A stretch of DNA of 64,000 nt from Alphaproteobacteria bacterium (GTDB lineage: Bacteria; Pseudomonadota; Alphaproteobacteria; Micavibrionales; UBA2020). The number at the start of each line of letters is the position of its first letter. The first letter of the stretch is position 1. Both the position numbers and the translations under genes were made by a program. The notes beneath the pieces were generated by a model. It did not search any database, was not told where the DNA came from, and was given only the letters and a program-made list of their open reading frames with translations. This document shows positions 29,832 to 38,887 of the stretch, in pieces. The stretch covers positions 697,095 through 761,094 of the forward strand of contig JBKBWZ010000002.1 of assembly GCA_046314385.1 (NCBI GenBank), written 5' to 3'.

Positions 29832-31174
29832 CCGGCACGCCCGAAAAAATCGGGGCGGTATCGGACGGGCTTGCCGCGCGGCAGGTTGCTTTTGCGGTAC
29901 TGAACGATATTTTTTTTCAGCGCCGCAGCCTTGACGAAGCCTATGTGCAGGCCGATGCCGCGCTTTCCGCGCTTGAAAGCCGCGACCGCGGTTTTGTGCG
30001 TCTGCTGGTGGCAACGGTTTTAAAGCGCGCGCCGCAGATGGACGCCGCACTGGCCGCGCTGCTGCACGAACCGCTTGAAAATCTCAAACCGCAGCAACTT
30101 ATCAATGTGCTGCGGCTTGGTATCGCGCAGATCGTTTTTTTGCAGACGCCGGCGCATGCCGCGGTCAGCACGGCGGTGGATCTTGCCGCCGCGGCGGGGA
30201 TTGAATGGCAAAAATCGCTGGTGAATGCCGTCATGCGCCGCATCGCGCAGGAAGGCATCGTGCAGCCCGATGCGCGCGAAGCCGGACGCATGAACACACC
30301 CGACTGGCTGTGGCAACAATGGGTGAATGATTACGGCGTTGAAACGGCGCTGGATATTGCAGCGGCCCATCTTGCCGATGCGCCGGTCGATTTCACGGTA
30401 AAAGAAAACCCCGAGCAATGGGCCGAGCATCTGGGCGCGGCGCTGTTGCCCTCCGGGTCGCTGCGGCTGCCGACGGCCGGTTTCGTGCCTGGGTTGACGG
30501 GTTTTGACGAGGGGGCGTGGTGGGTACAAAACGCCGCCGCCGCGCTGCCGGTCAAATTCCTTGCGGCGCATTTTGGCGGCGAGCTGCGCGGCAAAAAAAT
30601 TATCGATCTCTGCGCCGCGCCGGGCGGCAAGACCGCGCAGCTGGCGGCACTGGGGGCGGATGTGATCGCGCTCGACCGCTCCGCACCGCGACTTTTGCGC
30701 CTGCGCGAAAATATGGCGCGGTTGAAACTGGATGTCGAAACCATCGCCGCCGATGGCGCAGCATGGCAACCACAGCAACCGCTTGATGCCGTGCTGCTCG
30801 ATGCGCCTTGCAGCGCGACGGGGACAATACGCCATCAGCCCGATGTGCTGCGGCTCAAAGACATGCGCGATCAGGATAAACTCGCAGGGCTGCAGCGACG
30901 CCTGATGGTGAATGCGATGCAGATGCTCAAGCCCGGCGGGGTGATGGTTTACTGCACCTGCTCAATACAAAAAGCAGAGGGCGAAGCACAAACCGACTGG
31001 CTGCTCGCACAAAATACGGGCGCAGTATTCTCGCCCATCCGCACGGGCGAGGTTGCAGGCATAAACGCGATGCTCACCGCGCGCGGCGAGCTCCGCGCTC
31101 TGCCGCAGCACTGGCACGAACACGGCGGCATCGACGGTTTTTATGCGGCACGTTTTGTGAAAAACGCCGGCTGA
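29828..31174 (+). CDS. rsmB: 16S rRNA (cytosine-C5)-methyltransferase, RsmB/Sun type
   Basis: N-terminal NusB-like domain. DLCAAPGGKTAQL SAM motif, then DAPCSATGTIRHQPD and TCS catalytic cysteines. GTG start overlaps the preceding stop. Confidence 0.8.
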   Translation: MTGTPEKIGAVSDGLAARQVAFAVLNDIFFQRRSLDEAYVQADAALSALESRDRGFVRLLVATVLKRAPQMDAALAALLHEPLENLKPQQLINVLRLGIAQIVFLQTPAHAAVSTAVDLAAAAGIEWQKSLVNAVMRRIAQEGIVQPDAREAGRMNTPDWLWQQWVNDYGVETALDIAAAHLADAPVDFTVKENPEQWAEHLGAALLPSGSLRLPTAGFVPGLTGFDEGAWWVQNAAAALPVKFLAAHFGGELRGKKIIDLCAAPGGKTAQLAALGADVIALDRSAPRLLRLRENMARLKLDVETIAADGAAWQPQQPLDAVLLDAPCSATGTIRHQPDVLRLKDMRDQDKLAGLQRRLMVNAMQMLKPGGVMVYCTCSIQKAEGEAQTDWLLAQNTGAVFSPIRTGEVAGINAMLTARGELRALPQHWHEHGGIDGFYAARFVKNAG

Positions 31175-31252
31175 TTCCATATTTCCCGACTTTTTTACCA
31201 GAGTCCGCATTTCCAAGTTGTCCGATTCGAATCGGGCTGGTATAAAAGATTT

Positions 31253-31903
31253 ATGAGTCAACGGGTTCGCATAGCTCCTTCCATCCTTTCCGCAGATTTC
31301 TCGAAGCTGGGCGCTGAAGTACAGGCCATCGACGAGGCGGGAGCGGATTACATACATCTGGATGTCATGGACGGCCATTTCGTGCCCAACATTACCTTTG
31401 GCCCCGTTGTCGTTGAATCTCTGCGCAAAGTCACCAAGAAGCCTTTTGATGTGCATCTGATGATTGCACCGGTGGATCCGTATATTGAAGGTTTCGCCAA
31501 GGCCGGCGCGGACATTATTACCTTTCATCCCGAAGCGGGTGCGCATCCGCACCGCACCATCCAGCTGATCAAATCTTATGGCAAGAAAGCGGGTATTTCG
31601 CTCAACCCGTCGACGCCGGTATCGGTGCTGGATCACCTCATCGACGACCTCGACCTTATTCTGGTCATGACGGTCAACCCCGGCTTCGGGGGACAGAAAT
31701 TTATTCCGCTGCTCGATAAAATCGCCGAGATACGCAAACGTATCGACGCGACCGGACGCGAGATCGATCTGGAAATCGACGGCGGCGTCAATGCCGAAAC
31801 CGCAAAGCAAGTGATTGCCGCAGGCGCGAATGTGCTTGTGGCGGGGACGGCCGTTTTCAAAGAAAAAGACTACGGGGAGGCGATCTCGCGGCTGCGCGGA
31901 TAA
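31253..31903 (+). CDS. rpe: ribulose-phosphate 3-epimerase
   Basis: [35 protein letters not shown] and EIDGG motifs. Confidence 0.93.
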   Translation: MSQRVRIAPSILSADFSKLGAEVQAIDEAGADYIHLDVMDGHFVPNITFGPVVVESLRKVTKKPFDVHLMIAPVDPYIEGFAKAGADIITFHPEAGAHPHRTIQLIKSYGKKAGISLNPSTPVSVLDHLIDDLDLILVMTVNPGFGGQKFIPLLDKIAEIRKRIDATGREIDLEIDGGVNAETAKQVIAAGANVLVAGTAVFKEKDYGEAISRLRG

Positions 31904-31977
31904 GCCTTTCGGGTGTAGACGGCAAGAAATAGGGGAGTGTTCACCGAAGGGGTTCGGTGTTCATCGGGGTTTTTTTA

Positions 31978-33630
31978 ATGTTGCTGACAGAGCAGAGTCT
32001 CATCTATCGCGGAATCCGCCCGCTGCAAAAGCTGGGCGATCTTGCCAAGCTCAATGCGCTGTTGCCGCTGGCAGGGCTTGCGATGCCGCAGCGCGTGCCG
32101 GAGCGTTTGCGCGTTGTGCCGCCCGACCCGTGGGCAGGCGATGCCGCCCGCGGCCGCGACATGATGGCGGGGATTTTCCGCTTTGCCGGACAGACGTTTG
32201 AAAAAGAAGAAGTCTCCTGGCGTCCCCCCACGGCAAAAGCCGAATGGATGGCCGAGCTGCATGGTTTTGAATGGCTGCGTGATTTGCGCAGTGTCGGCGG
32301 CGACCGCGCCCGCCGCATGGCGCGCGAAATGGTCGTCTATTGGCTGCGCCACAACGAAAAGCCGCAGCCGGGTCTGCCCGGCTGGGATGCCGAAAGCACC
32401 GGTATGCGTATTGCGGCCTGGATTTCCTTTCATGATTTCTTTTGCGCCAGCGCCGATGACGATTTCCGTCATGCGTGGTTTGCCAGCCTTGTAAAGCAGG
32501 CGCGTTATCTGTCCAAGGTTTTGCCGGGCAATCTTTACGGTATCCCGCTGATGCGTGCGCTCAAGGGGCTGGCCTATAGCGGTCTTGCGCTCGATGACGG
32601 CGAAGACCGGCTGGAACAGGCTTTCCGCATGATCCTGCGCGAAATCAAGATGCAGATTTTGCCCGACGGCGGCCATGTGTCGCGCAGTCCGCAGGCGACG
32701 TTTGAATTTCTGCAATGCCTTGTCGATCTGCGCACGGCGGTGACGGCGGCGCGTCTTGATCTGCCTGCCGAATTGCAGCATGCGATTGACAAGCTTGCAC
32801 CGGCGGTCAAATTCTTCCGCCACAGCGACGGTGCTTTTTGCCAGTTCAATGGCGGGCAGGAAGGCAACCCGAATATCTGCGATGCAACGCTGATGCATTC
32901 CGGCGCGCGCGGCAAGGCGATGAAAAGCCTGCCGTATTGCGGGTATGAAAAAATCCAGCTCGGACGCGCCAGCGTGATCATGGACATCGGCCTTGGTGGC
33001 CTGCCCAAATACAGCGGCCGCGCGCACGCGGGATTGATGGCTTTTGAATACGGCTTTGGCAAAGACCGCGTCATTGTCAACTGCGGCACAACATCTGTAG
33101 ATGGCAAGTGGCGCGATTTGCTGAAATCGACCGCGGCGCATTCCACGTTGATTGTCGACAACCGCAATGCCTGTCATTTTGATGAAGCGGGGCATTTGAC
33201 CACGCGCCCCGAAATCACATCTGACCGCCGCGAAGACGACCATATGGCCGAAATCATCGCCAGCCACAGCGGCTATATGCCGCGCTATGGCCTGATCCAC
33301 CAGCGCAGCCTGCGCCTGCTGGATGCCGGTGAAACGCTCTCGGGCGAAGACAGGCTCAGCGGCAAGGCCGGCGCCCATTTCGCCGTGCGTTTCCATTTGC
33401 ATCCCTGCATTCAGGCATCGTTGATACAGGACGGATCCGAAGTCCTGCTGCGCGCGCGCAGCGGCATCGGCTGGCGTTTTTCTGCCGAAAATGCACAGTT
33501 GTCGATCGAAGACAGCGTTTATGCCGGCGAAGGCGATACGCCCCGCCGCGCGCTGCAAATCGTGCTGGGCGGCGTCAGTACGGCGCCCGAAACCTGCGTG
33601 TCCTGGCAGCTCAAGCGCGATAAAATCTAA
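31978..33630 (+). CDS. heparinase II/III family protein
   Basis: About 550 aa with the HGFEWLRDL and SHSGYMPRYGLIHQRSL blocks seen in alphaproteobacterial heparinase II/III-like proteins. Start is uncertain (GTG 31957 or ATG 31978). Confidence 0.65.
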   Translation: MLLTEQSLIYRGIRPLQKLGDLAKLNALLPLAGLAMPQRVPERLRVVPPDPWAGDAARGRDMMAGIFRFAGQTFEKEEVSWRPPTAKAEWMAELHGFEWLRDLRSVGGDRARRMAREMVVYWLRHNEKPQPGLPGWDAESTGMRIAAWISFHDFFCASADDDFRHAWFASLVKQARYLSKVLPGNLYGIPLMRALKGLAYSGLALDDGEDRLEQAFRMILREIKMQILPDGGHVSRSPQATFEFLQCLVDLRTAVTAARLDLPAELQHAIDKLAPAVKFFRHSDGAFCQFNGGQEGNPNICDATLMHSGARGKAMKSLPYCGYEKIQLGRASVIMDIGLGGLPKYSGRAHAGLMAFEYGFGKDRVIVNCGTTSVDGKWRDLLKSTAAHSTLIVDNRNACHFDEAGHLTTRPEITSDRREDDHMAEIIASHSGYMPRYGLIHQRSLRLLDAGETLSGEDRLSGKAGAHFAVRFHLHPCIQASLIQDGSEVLLRARSGIGWRFSAENAQLSIEDSVYAGEGDTPRRALQIVLGGVSTAPETCVSWQLKRDKI

Positions 33631-33684
33631 TTTTATCTATAAAAATCAATAAATTATCATTTAACGCCCTTTTAAGGCGCTGTT

Positions 33685-33693
33685 TGTTATAAT
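33685..33693 (+). promoter_or_regulatory. extended -10 promoter (TGtTATAAT) placed for a leaderless or near-leaderless transcript of the 33700 gene
   Basis: TG at 33685-86 and TATAAT at 33688-93. The ATG at 33700 is 6 nt after the hexamer and has no usable SD. An AT-rich 70-bp spacer lies upstream. Confidence 0.5.
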
Positions 33694-33699
33694 GCAGGC

Positions 33700-34395
33700 A
33701 TGGCTTTGAAGGAATATGTACTTGATATGTTTAACCTGCGCAAAGACCGCACGGGATTTTTCCGTGCAGAGCCTAATGCTGTGCCTGTGATTTCGCAGGC
33801 GCGCGCGATCGACGTTTTCGATACGCTCAAAAACATGGATAACATCGCCTATGCTTATACCGATGACGGTTGTTATGCGCGCACGCATCTGATGTGCCGC
33901 AGCCTTTTCGGTATGGGGCTGCTGCCGGAAAAGGCCTGGGCTTTTGAAACGGACAACCGCGAATTGATCGTAAAATTTCCGCACGGCGAACAGACATGGT
34001 GGTTTCATGTCGCGCCTGTTCTGAACGTTGAAGACGGCAAGGGCGGCCATATAAAAATGGTCTTTGACCCGTCGCTCTTCGACGGCCCCGTCACGCTGAA
34101 GGAATGGGGAGATATCATGCAGGCCGAAAAAAACCAGATTTTTATCGCCCCCTGCGGCAAGGCGCCCGGATATCACCGCGGTGATTACACGCCGTATCGC
34201 CGCACCGGATGGGCGACCGATGACGCCGCGCTCAGCGTTATGAATGAATACGTGCAGCTGGAAAAAGAACAGGAATTTATGCCGCATGTTTTTCCAAGCA
34301 TCATGCGCAAGGCCGCGAATGATGAAAAATTTCATATCCAGCCCGCAGGTGTTCAAAAGACGGGAGGGCAATCATGCCGGAATCAAAAGGTGTGA
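33700..34395 (+). CDS. protein-glutaminase-like papain-fold protein (putative Cys-His-Asp deamidase), paralog 1
   Basis: Blocks DDGCYARTHLMC, WWFHVAPV and MVFDPSLFDGPVTL resemble the Cys/His/Asp blocks of Chryseobacterium protein-glutaminase as I recall them. No signal peptide by eye. Confidence 0.6.
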   Translation: MALKEYVLDMFNLRKDRTGFFRAEPNAVPVISQARAIDVFDTLKNMDNIAYAYTDDGCYARTHLMCRSLFGMGLLPEKAWAFETDNRELIVKFPHGEQTWWFHVAPVLNVEDGKGGHIKMVFDPSLFDGPVTLKEWGDIMQAEKNQIFIAPCGKAPGYHRGDYTPYRRTGWATDDAALSVMNEYVQLEKEQEFMPHVFPSIMRKAANDEKFHIQPAGVQKTGGQSCRNQKV

Positions 34396-34580
34396 TCCGC
34401 CGCATCGTCGAGCGTGACGGCGGGTTTAAAGTGTCGTTTCCCAATCATTCCGGCTATTTCTCGGTGGCTGAAGGCGAGAACCGCGACGATCTGATCGCCC
34501 GCCTGCGCGATGCGGCGCAAACCGGCACAACGATTACGTTTCGCTTTGATGCACGGTTGAAGATTACGGAGCTTTTGTAA
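34374..34580 (+). CDS. 68-aa hypothetical protein embedded between the two glutaminase-like paralogs
   Basis: Strong SD GGGAGGG lies 5 nt upstream of the ATG. It overlaps gene 1 by 22 nt and ends 3 nt before gene 2. Sequence: MPESKGVIRRIVERDGGFKVSFPNHSGYFSVAEGENRDDLIARLRDAAQTGTTITFRFDARLKITELL. Confidence 0.55.
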   Translation: MPESKGVIRRIVERDGGFKVSFPNHSGYFSVAEGENRDDLIARLRDAAQTGTTITFRFDARLKITELL

Positions 34581-34583
34581 ATC

Positions 34584-35237
34584 ATGGCCATGATAAAACG
34601 TCTGCTGTCTGTTTTTAATCCGCTCAGCGACCGGCAGGGCATTCTGCGCGCGCCGCCGGATGTGATTTCGCAGGCGCGCGCGCTGGAGGTCTTTGATACA
34701 TTACGGGCGATGCCGGATGTGGCTTTTGGCTTTCCGGCCAAGGGCTGCGAAGCGCGCGCGCATTTGATGTGCGGCAAGCTATTCGCGCTGGGGCTTGCGC
34801 CTGAAAAAGCCTGGGCGTTTGAAGTCAAGAACTGCGGCCTGACCGTTGATTTTCCGCACGGGCGCGAAGAATGGTGGTTCCATGTGGCGCCGGCGCTCAA
34901 GGTCGCGGATGGCAAAGGCGGCAGCCAGAAGATGGTTTTTGATCCGTCCCTTTTTGATGGCCCCGTAACGCTGGGCGCATGGGGCGGGGTGATGGGCGCG
35001 AGGTCAAATCTGGTTTCCGTCCTGCCCTATGGCCAGCCTTTGCCGGGGCATGGCGGTGATTACAGGCCGGGGGTCAGCACGGATTGGAAAACAACCGCTG
35101 CGGCCAAAAAAGAAATGCGCGAATGCTTTGCGCTGCAGCGTCAACTGGACTTTACGGTGCAGGTTTTCGCAAGCCCCCTGCGCGCGGCGGAGACGTCCGG
35201 TACATCCAAAAAACAGGCAATCCCGGCACCGGCCTAG
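34584..35237 (+). CDS. protein-glutaminase-like papain-fold protein, paralog 2
   Basis: Blocks AKGCEARAHLMC, WWFHVAPA and MVFDPSLFDGPVTL. 73 of 111 positions are identical to paralog 1 in a hand alignment of the central block. Confidence 0.6.
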   Translation: MAMIKRLLSVFNPLSDRQGILRAPPDVISQARALEVFDTLRAMPDVAFGFPAKGCEARAHLMCGKLFALGLAPEKAWAFEVKNCGLTVDFPHGREEWWFHVAPALKVADGKGGSQKMVFDPSLFDGPVTLGAWGGVMGARSNLVSVLPYGQPLPGHGGDYRPGVSTDWKTTAAAKKEMRECFALQRQLDFTVQVFASPLRAAETSGTSKKQAIPAPA

Positions 35238-35344
35238 CACAATCGCTATCTTGTTGCTGGAGATATAAAGCGGCAGGCTTTGCATTGCGAAGCCGCCAAA
35301 GGGAATGGTATTGTGACTTTTAGCGCGGCGGCGGGAGAGAGCGG

Positions 35345-36082
35345 ATGACGGAAAAAAAATCAGGCGGAAAAGCGGGCGGCGGTGCCAGAGCCGGCGGCGG
35401 CGGCAAATCCGGCGGGCCGCGCGGGCTGCAAAAAAAAGTGCAGGTCAAAACGCGCGCCAAACGCAGTATTTCTTCGGCCCGCTGGCTCGAACGTCAATTG
35501 AACGACCCCTATGTTGCAGCAGCGAAGTCCGACGGCTATCACAGCCGCGCGGCTTATAAACTGCTGCAAATGCAGGAAGATCTGGATATTTTCAAACCCG
35601 GCATGCGCGTTGTCGATCTGGGGGCGGCGCCGGGCGGCTGGACGCAGGTCGTCTGCGAGATTGTCAAACCCGGACAAAATGGCGGCAAGGTCGTGGCGAT
35701 TGACTATCTTGAAATGAAGCCGGTCGCCGAAGCCGAATTCTTTCTGATGGACTTCACCGACGACGAAGCGCCCGATGTGTTGAAAAACGCCATCGGCGGT
35801 AAAGCGCATGTGGTCATGAGTGATATGGCGCCGCCCACCATCGGCCATAAACAGACCGACCATTTACGTATTATGGGATTGGCGGATATGGCCTATGCCT
35901 TCGCGCTGGAGGTTTTACTGCCCGGCGGCACGTTTCTGGCAAAGGTCTTTCAGGGCGGGGCGGAAAAAGATTTACTTAACCAGATGAAAAAAGACTTCAC
36001 CAAGGTCAAACACATCAAACCGCCCGCCAGCCGCGTCGATTCATCGGAAATGTATGTTGTCGCCATGGGGTTCCGCGGATAA
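35345..36082 (+). CDS. rlmE: 23S rRNA (uridine2552-2'-O)-methyltransferase
   Basis: SSARWLERQLNDPYV, YHSRAAYKL, VVDLGAAPGGWTQV and DMAP motifs. Gly/Lys-rich N-terminal extension. Confidence 0.9.
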   Translation: MTEKKSGGKAGGGARAGGGGKSGGPRGLQKKVQVKTRAKRSISSARWLERQLNDPYVAAAKSDGYHSRAAYKLLQMQEDLDIFKPGMRVVDLGAAPGGWTQVVCEIVKPGQNGGKVVAIDYLEMKPVAEAEFFLMDFTDDEAPDVLKNAIGGKAHVVMSDMAPPTIGHKQTDHLRIMGLADMAYAFALEVLLPGGTFLAKVFQGGAEKDLLNQMKKDFTKVKHIKPPASRVDSSEMYVVAMGFRG

Positions 36083-36134
36083 AATGATGCCTTGGGCGTC
36101 TCTATAATACGGCGCATTTACAGGGGTAGTCATA

Positions 36135-37517
36135 ATGAAAAGAAATTCCGTCATCCGCGAGGCGCTGGGCTTCGACGATGTGCTGCTGGTTCCATCCGAA
36201 ACGCAGATCAAGCCCGATGATGTCATCACCCGCACGCGCCTGACGCGCGAGATCGAACTTTCCATCCCCATCATCGCCGCCGGTCTGGATTACGTGACCG
36301 AAAGCCAGATGGCGATTACCATCGCGCAGCTGGGCGGTATCGGCGTTATTCATGACAACATGCCGCTTGGCAAACAGGTCGAAGAAGTCCGCCGCGTAAA
36401 ACGCGCCGAAGGCAACATGGTCACAAACCCGATTACGGTTTCGCCGGAATCCAGCGTGGCCGAAGCCTTTGATCTGATGTCGACCTATCGCATTTCCGGC
36501 TTGCCGGTCATCGAACAGCCGTCACAGAAAGTAATTGGCATCATCACGCACCGCGATATCCGTTTCTTTGAAGATTACGCCAAGCCGGTGAGCGAGCTGA
36601 TGAGCACCAACGTCATCACCGTCAGCCATGCGGTGCCGCAAGACGAAGCCAAAAAACTTTTGCACCAGCACCGCATCGAAAAACTGGTTGTGGTCGATGA
36701 ACAGGGCCGCTGTGCAGGCCTTATTACCGTCAAGGATATCGAAAAACTGGCGCGCTTCCCCAATGCCGCGCGCGATATGTATGGCCGTTTGCGCGTGGGT
36801 GCGGCGGTGAGTTTGGGCAAGGATGCCCTTGACCGTGCCGGCGCCATGGCCGATGCCGGTCTGGACGTCGTCTTTGTCGATGTCGCGCATGGCCACAGCC
36901 GCGAAGCCGTGACCACCGTCAGCATGATCCGCCAGCAGCGCAGCAGCAACGTACAGATTGTCGCAGGCAATGTTGTGACGGCAGATGCCGCGCGCAGCCT
37001 GATTGACGCAGGTGCGGATGCGATCAAGGTCGGCATCGGCGCAACGGCTTGTTCCGCCACGCGCAGCCAGGCCGGTATTGGTATGCCGCAGCTGACGGCA
37101 GTGCTGGATGTGGTGGAGCAATGCGATATGCAGGGCGTGCCCGTCATCGTCGATGGCGCGATCCGCACGCCGGCGCATCTGGCCAAGGCAATTGCGGCAG
37201 GCGCGGAAAGTGCGATGATCAGCGATATGTTCGCCGGCACCGACGAAGCGCCGGGCGTGGTGATGTATCAGGACGCGCAGGCCTATAAGGTTGTGAACCC
37301 GCAGGCCAAGGCGCAGCATCGCCCGACAACGTCATCGCTGGTGCATGACCCGTTCCGTCTGGACGAAGACGCGGTGGATACGTCTGTGCCATACCGCGGT
37401 TCGGTTCAGCATATGGTTGAGCAGCTGGTCGGCGGTTTGAAAACCGCGATGGCCTATACCGGCAGCCGCGACATCACCGCGATGCGCGAAAATGTCGAGC
37501 TGATAAAGGCGAAATAA
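36135..37517 (+). CDS. guaB: IMP dehydrogenase family protein at the guaB locus; catalytic motifs are degenerate
   Basis: LGFDDVLLVPSE N-terminus, a CBS pair, and a TIM-barrel with KVGIGATACSATR in place of KVGIGPGSICTTR. Length is 460 aa. Confidence 0.7.
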   Translation: MKRNSVIREALGFDDVLLVPSETQIKPDDVITRTRLTREIELSIPIIAAGLDYVTESQMAITIAQLGGIGVIHDNMPLGKQVEEVRRVKRAEGNMVTNPITVSPESSVAEAFDLMSTYRISGLPVIEQPSQKVIGIITHRDIRFFEDYAKPVSELMSTNVITVSHAVPQDEAKKLLHQHRIEKLVVVDEQGRCAGLITVKDIEKLARFPNAARDMYGRLRVGAAVSLGKDALDRAGAMADAGLDVVFVDVAHGHSREAVTTVSMIRQQRSSNVQIVAGNVVTADAARSLIDAGADAIKVGIGATACSATRSQAGIGMPQLTAVLDVVEQCDMQGVPVIVDGAIRTPAHLAKAIAAGAESAMISDMFAGTDEAPGVVMYQDAQAYKVVNPQAKAQHRPTTSSLVHDPFRLDEDAVDTSVPYRGSVQHMVEQLVGGLKTAMAYTGSRDITAMRENVELIKAK

Positions 37518-37540
37518 CTCTTGCAAGGAAACCACCGACA

Positions 37541-38887
37541 ATGACGCCCGCCGCACGTATACAGGCGGTGATCGAGCTTCTGGCCGAGGTTGTCGAAACC
37601 CCGCGTCCGGCCGACACCGTGGCCAGCCTTTATTTCCGCGCCCGCCGCTATATCGGCTCCAGCGACCGCGGCGCGATCAACACCCGCTTTTACCGGGCGA
37701 TGCGCGAATATATCCGTCTCAGCTGGTGGGTAGAAAAATGCGGCGCGGAAACAACGCCGCGTAACCTGATTATCGCCGCGCTGATTTTTGACCGCGAACA
37801 TACCGCCGAAAGCCTACCGATGATGTTTTCGGGTGCAAGATACGCCCCTGAAGAGCTGACCGAAGCCGAATATAAACTGGCGCAGGCGCTGGAAGGCAAA
37901 AAGCTCGATGACGCCGAAATGCCGCTGCGCGAACGCTGCGAATGCCCCGACTGGGCTTTCGATGCGCTCCAGAGTGCGCTCGGGCCGCGGTTTGAAGCCG
38001 AGCTGAAAGCGATGCTTTCGCCCGCGCCGCTTGACCTGCGCGTGAATACCATCAAGGCCACGCGCGATGATGTGCTCAAACGTCTCAAGCAAGAGGGCTT
38101 CGATGCCGAAGCCGGTAAAATCTCGCCGCTGTCGATCCGCGTTTTGGGGCGCCCGCAATTGTCGCAGCATGAATTATACCTGCAGGGACATTTTGAAATT
38201 CAGGACGAAGGTTCGCAAATGGTGGCACTGGTCGCAGCAGCGCAGCCCGGTGAACAGGTGGCCGATTTCTGTGCGGGTGCAGGCGGTAAAACGCTGGCAC
38301 TGGGCGCCTCCATGGATAACAAAGGCCGCATCGTTGCCATGGATGTGCTGGGCGGCAGGCTGGAGCGTGCAAAAGAGCGTTTCCGCCGCGCCGGCCTTCA
38401 TAATATCGAAACGCGTTCGCTGACCAGCGAACGTGATAAATACGTCAAGCGCGCAGCGGGTAAATTTGACCTCGTGCTTGTCGATGCGCCGTGCAGCGGT
38501 GTGGGCACATGGCGGCGCGATCCTGATAAACGCTGGCGCCAGCTTGGCCCTGGTCTGTCGTCGCTGGTACCGCTGCAAAAAGACATCCTCGACAGCGCGC
38601 ACCGTCTGGTGCGTCCGGGTGGGCGTCTGGTCTATGCGACCTGTTCGCTGCTGCCGGAAGAAAACGAACTTCAGATCGAAACTTTCCTTGCCGCGCATCC
38701 TGATTTCAGTATCGATCCGGTATCGGCGCGCGTGAAGGTCGAAGGCGCGGGCGATTTTCTGCACATGACACCGGCGCGTCACGACACCGACGGCTTTTTT
38801 GCCGCCGTCCTGCGCCGCAAAGAGCAAGTCAGCGAGTCAAAACAAGAAGCCGCCAGCGACAAGGAAGCAGAACAGGCTGCGACATGA
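37541..38887 (+). CDS. RsmB/NOP family class I SAM-dependent RNA methyltransferase
   Basis: ADFCAGAGGKTLAL, DAPCSGVGTWRRDPD and ATCS motifs, with an N-terminal helical domain. Confidence 0.8.
   Translation: MTPAARIQAVIELLAEVVETPRPADTVASLYFRARRYIGSSDRGAINTRFYRAMREYIRLSWWVEKCGAETTPRNLIIAALIFDREHTAESLPMMFSGARYAPEELTEAEYKLAQALEGKKLDDAEMPLRERCECPDWAFDALQSALGPRFEAELKAMLSPAPLDLRVNTIKATRDDVLKRLKQEGFDAEAGKISPLSIRVLGRPQLSQHELYLQGHFEIQDEGSQMVALVAAAQPGEQVADFCAGAGGKTLALGASMDNKGRIVAMDVLGGRLERAKERFRRAGLHNIETRSLTSERDKYVKRAAGKFDLVLVDAPCSGVGTWRRDPDKRWRQLGPGLSSLVPLQKDILDSAHRLVRPGGRLVYATCSLLPEENELQIETFLAAHPDFSIDPVSARVKVEGAGDFLHMTPARHDTDGFFAAVLRRKEQVSESKQEAASDKEAEQAAT

Noticed and set aside
31942-31976. Hairpin CACCGAA-gggg-TTCGGTG after rpe with a distal T7 run
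   Set aside because: The T-run starts 11 nt after the stem, and the region overlaps the possible GTG start (31957) of the next gene. Too weak to annotate as a terminator.
31975-33558. 527-aa minus-strand ORF
   Set aside because: Antisense to the heparinase II/III-like gene. Arg/Ala-rich with no recognisable motifs. The same reasoning applies to 21392-22654, 7924-8925, 11887-12843, 42495-43451, 47903-48928 and 49286-50185.
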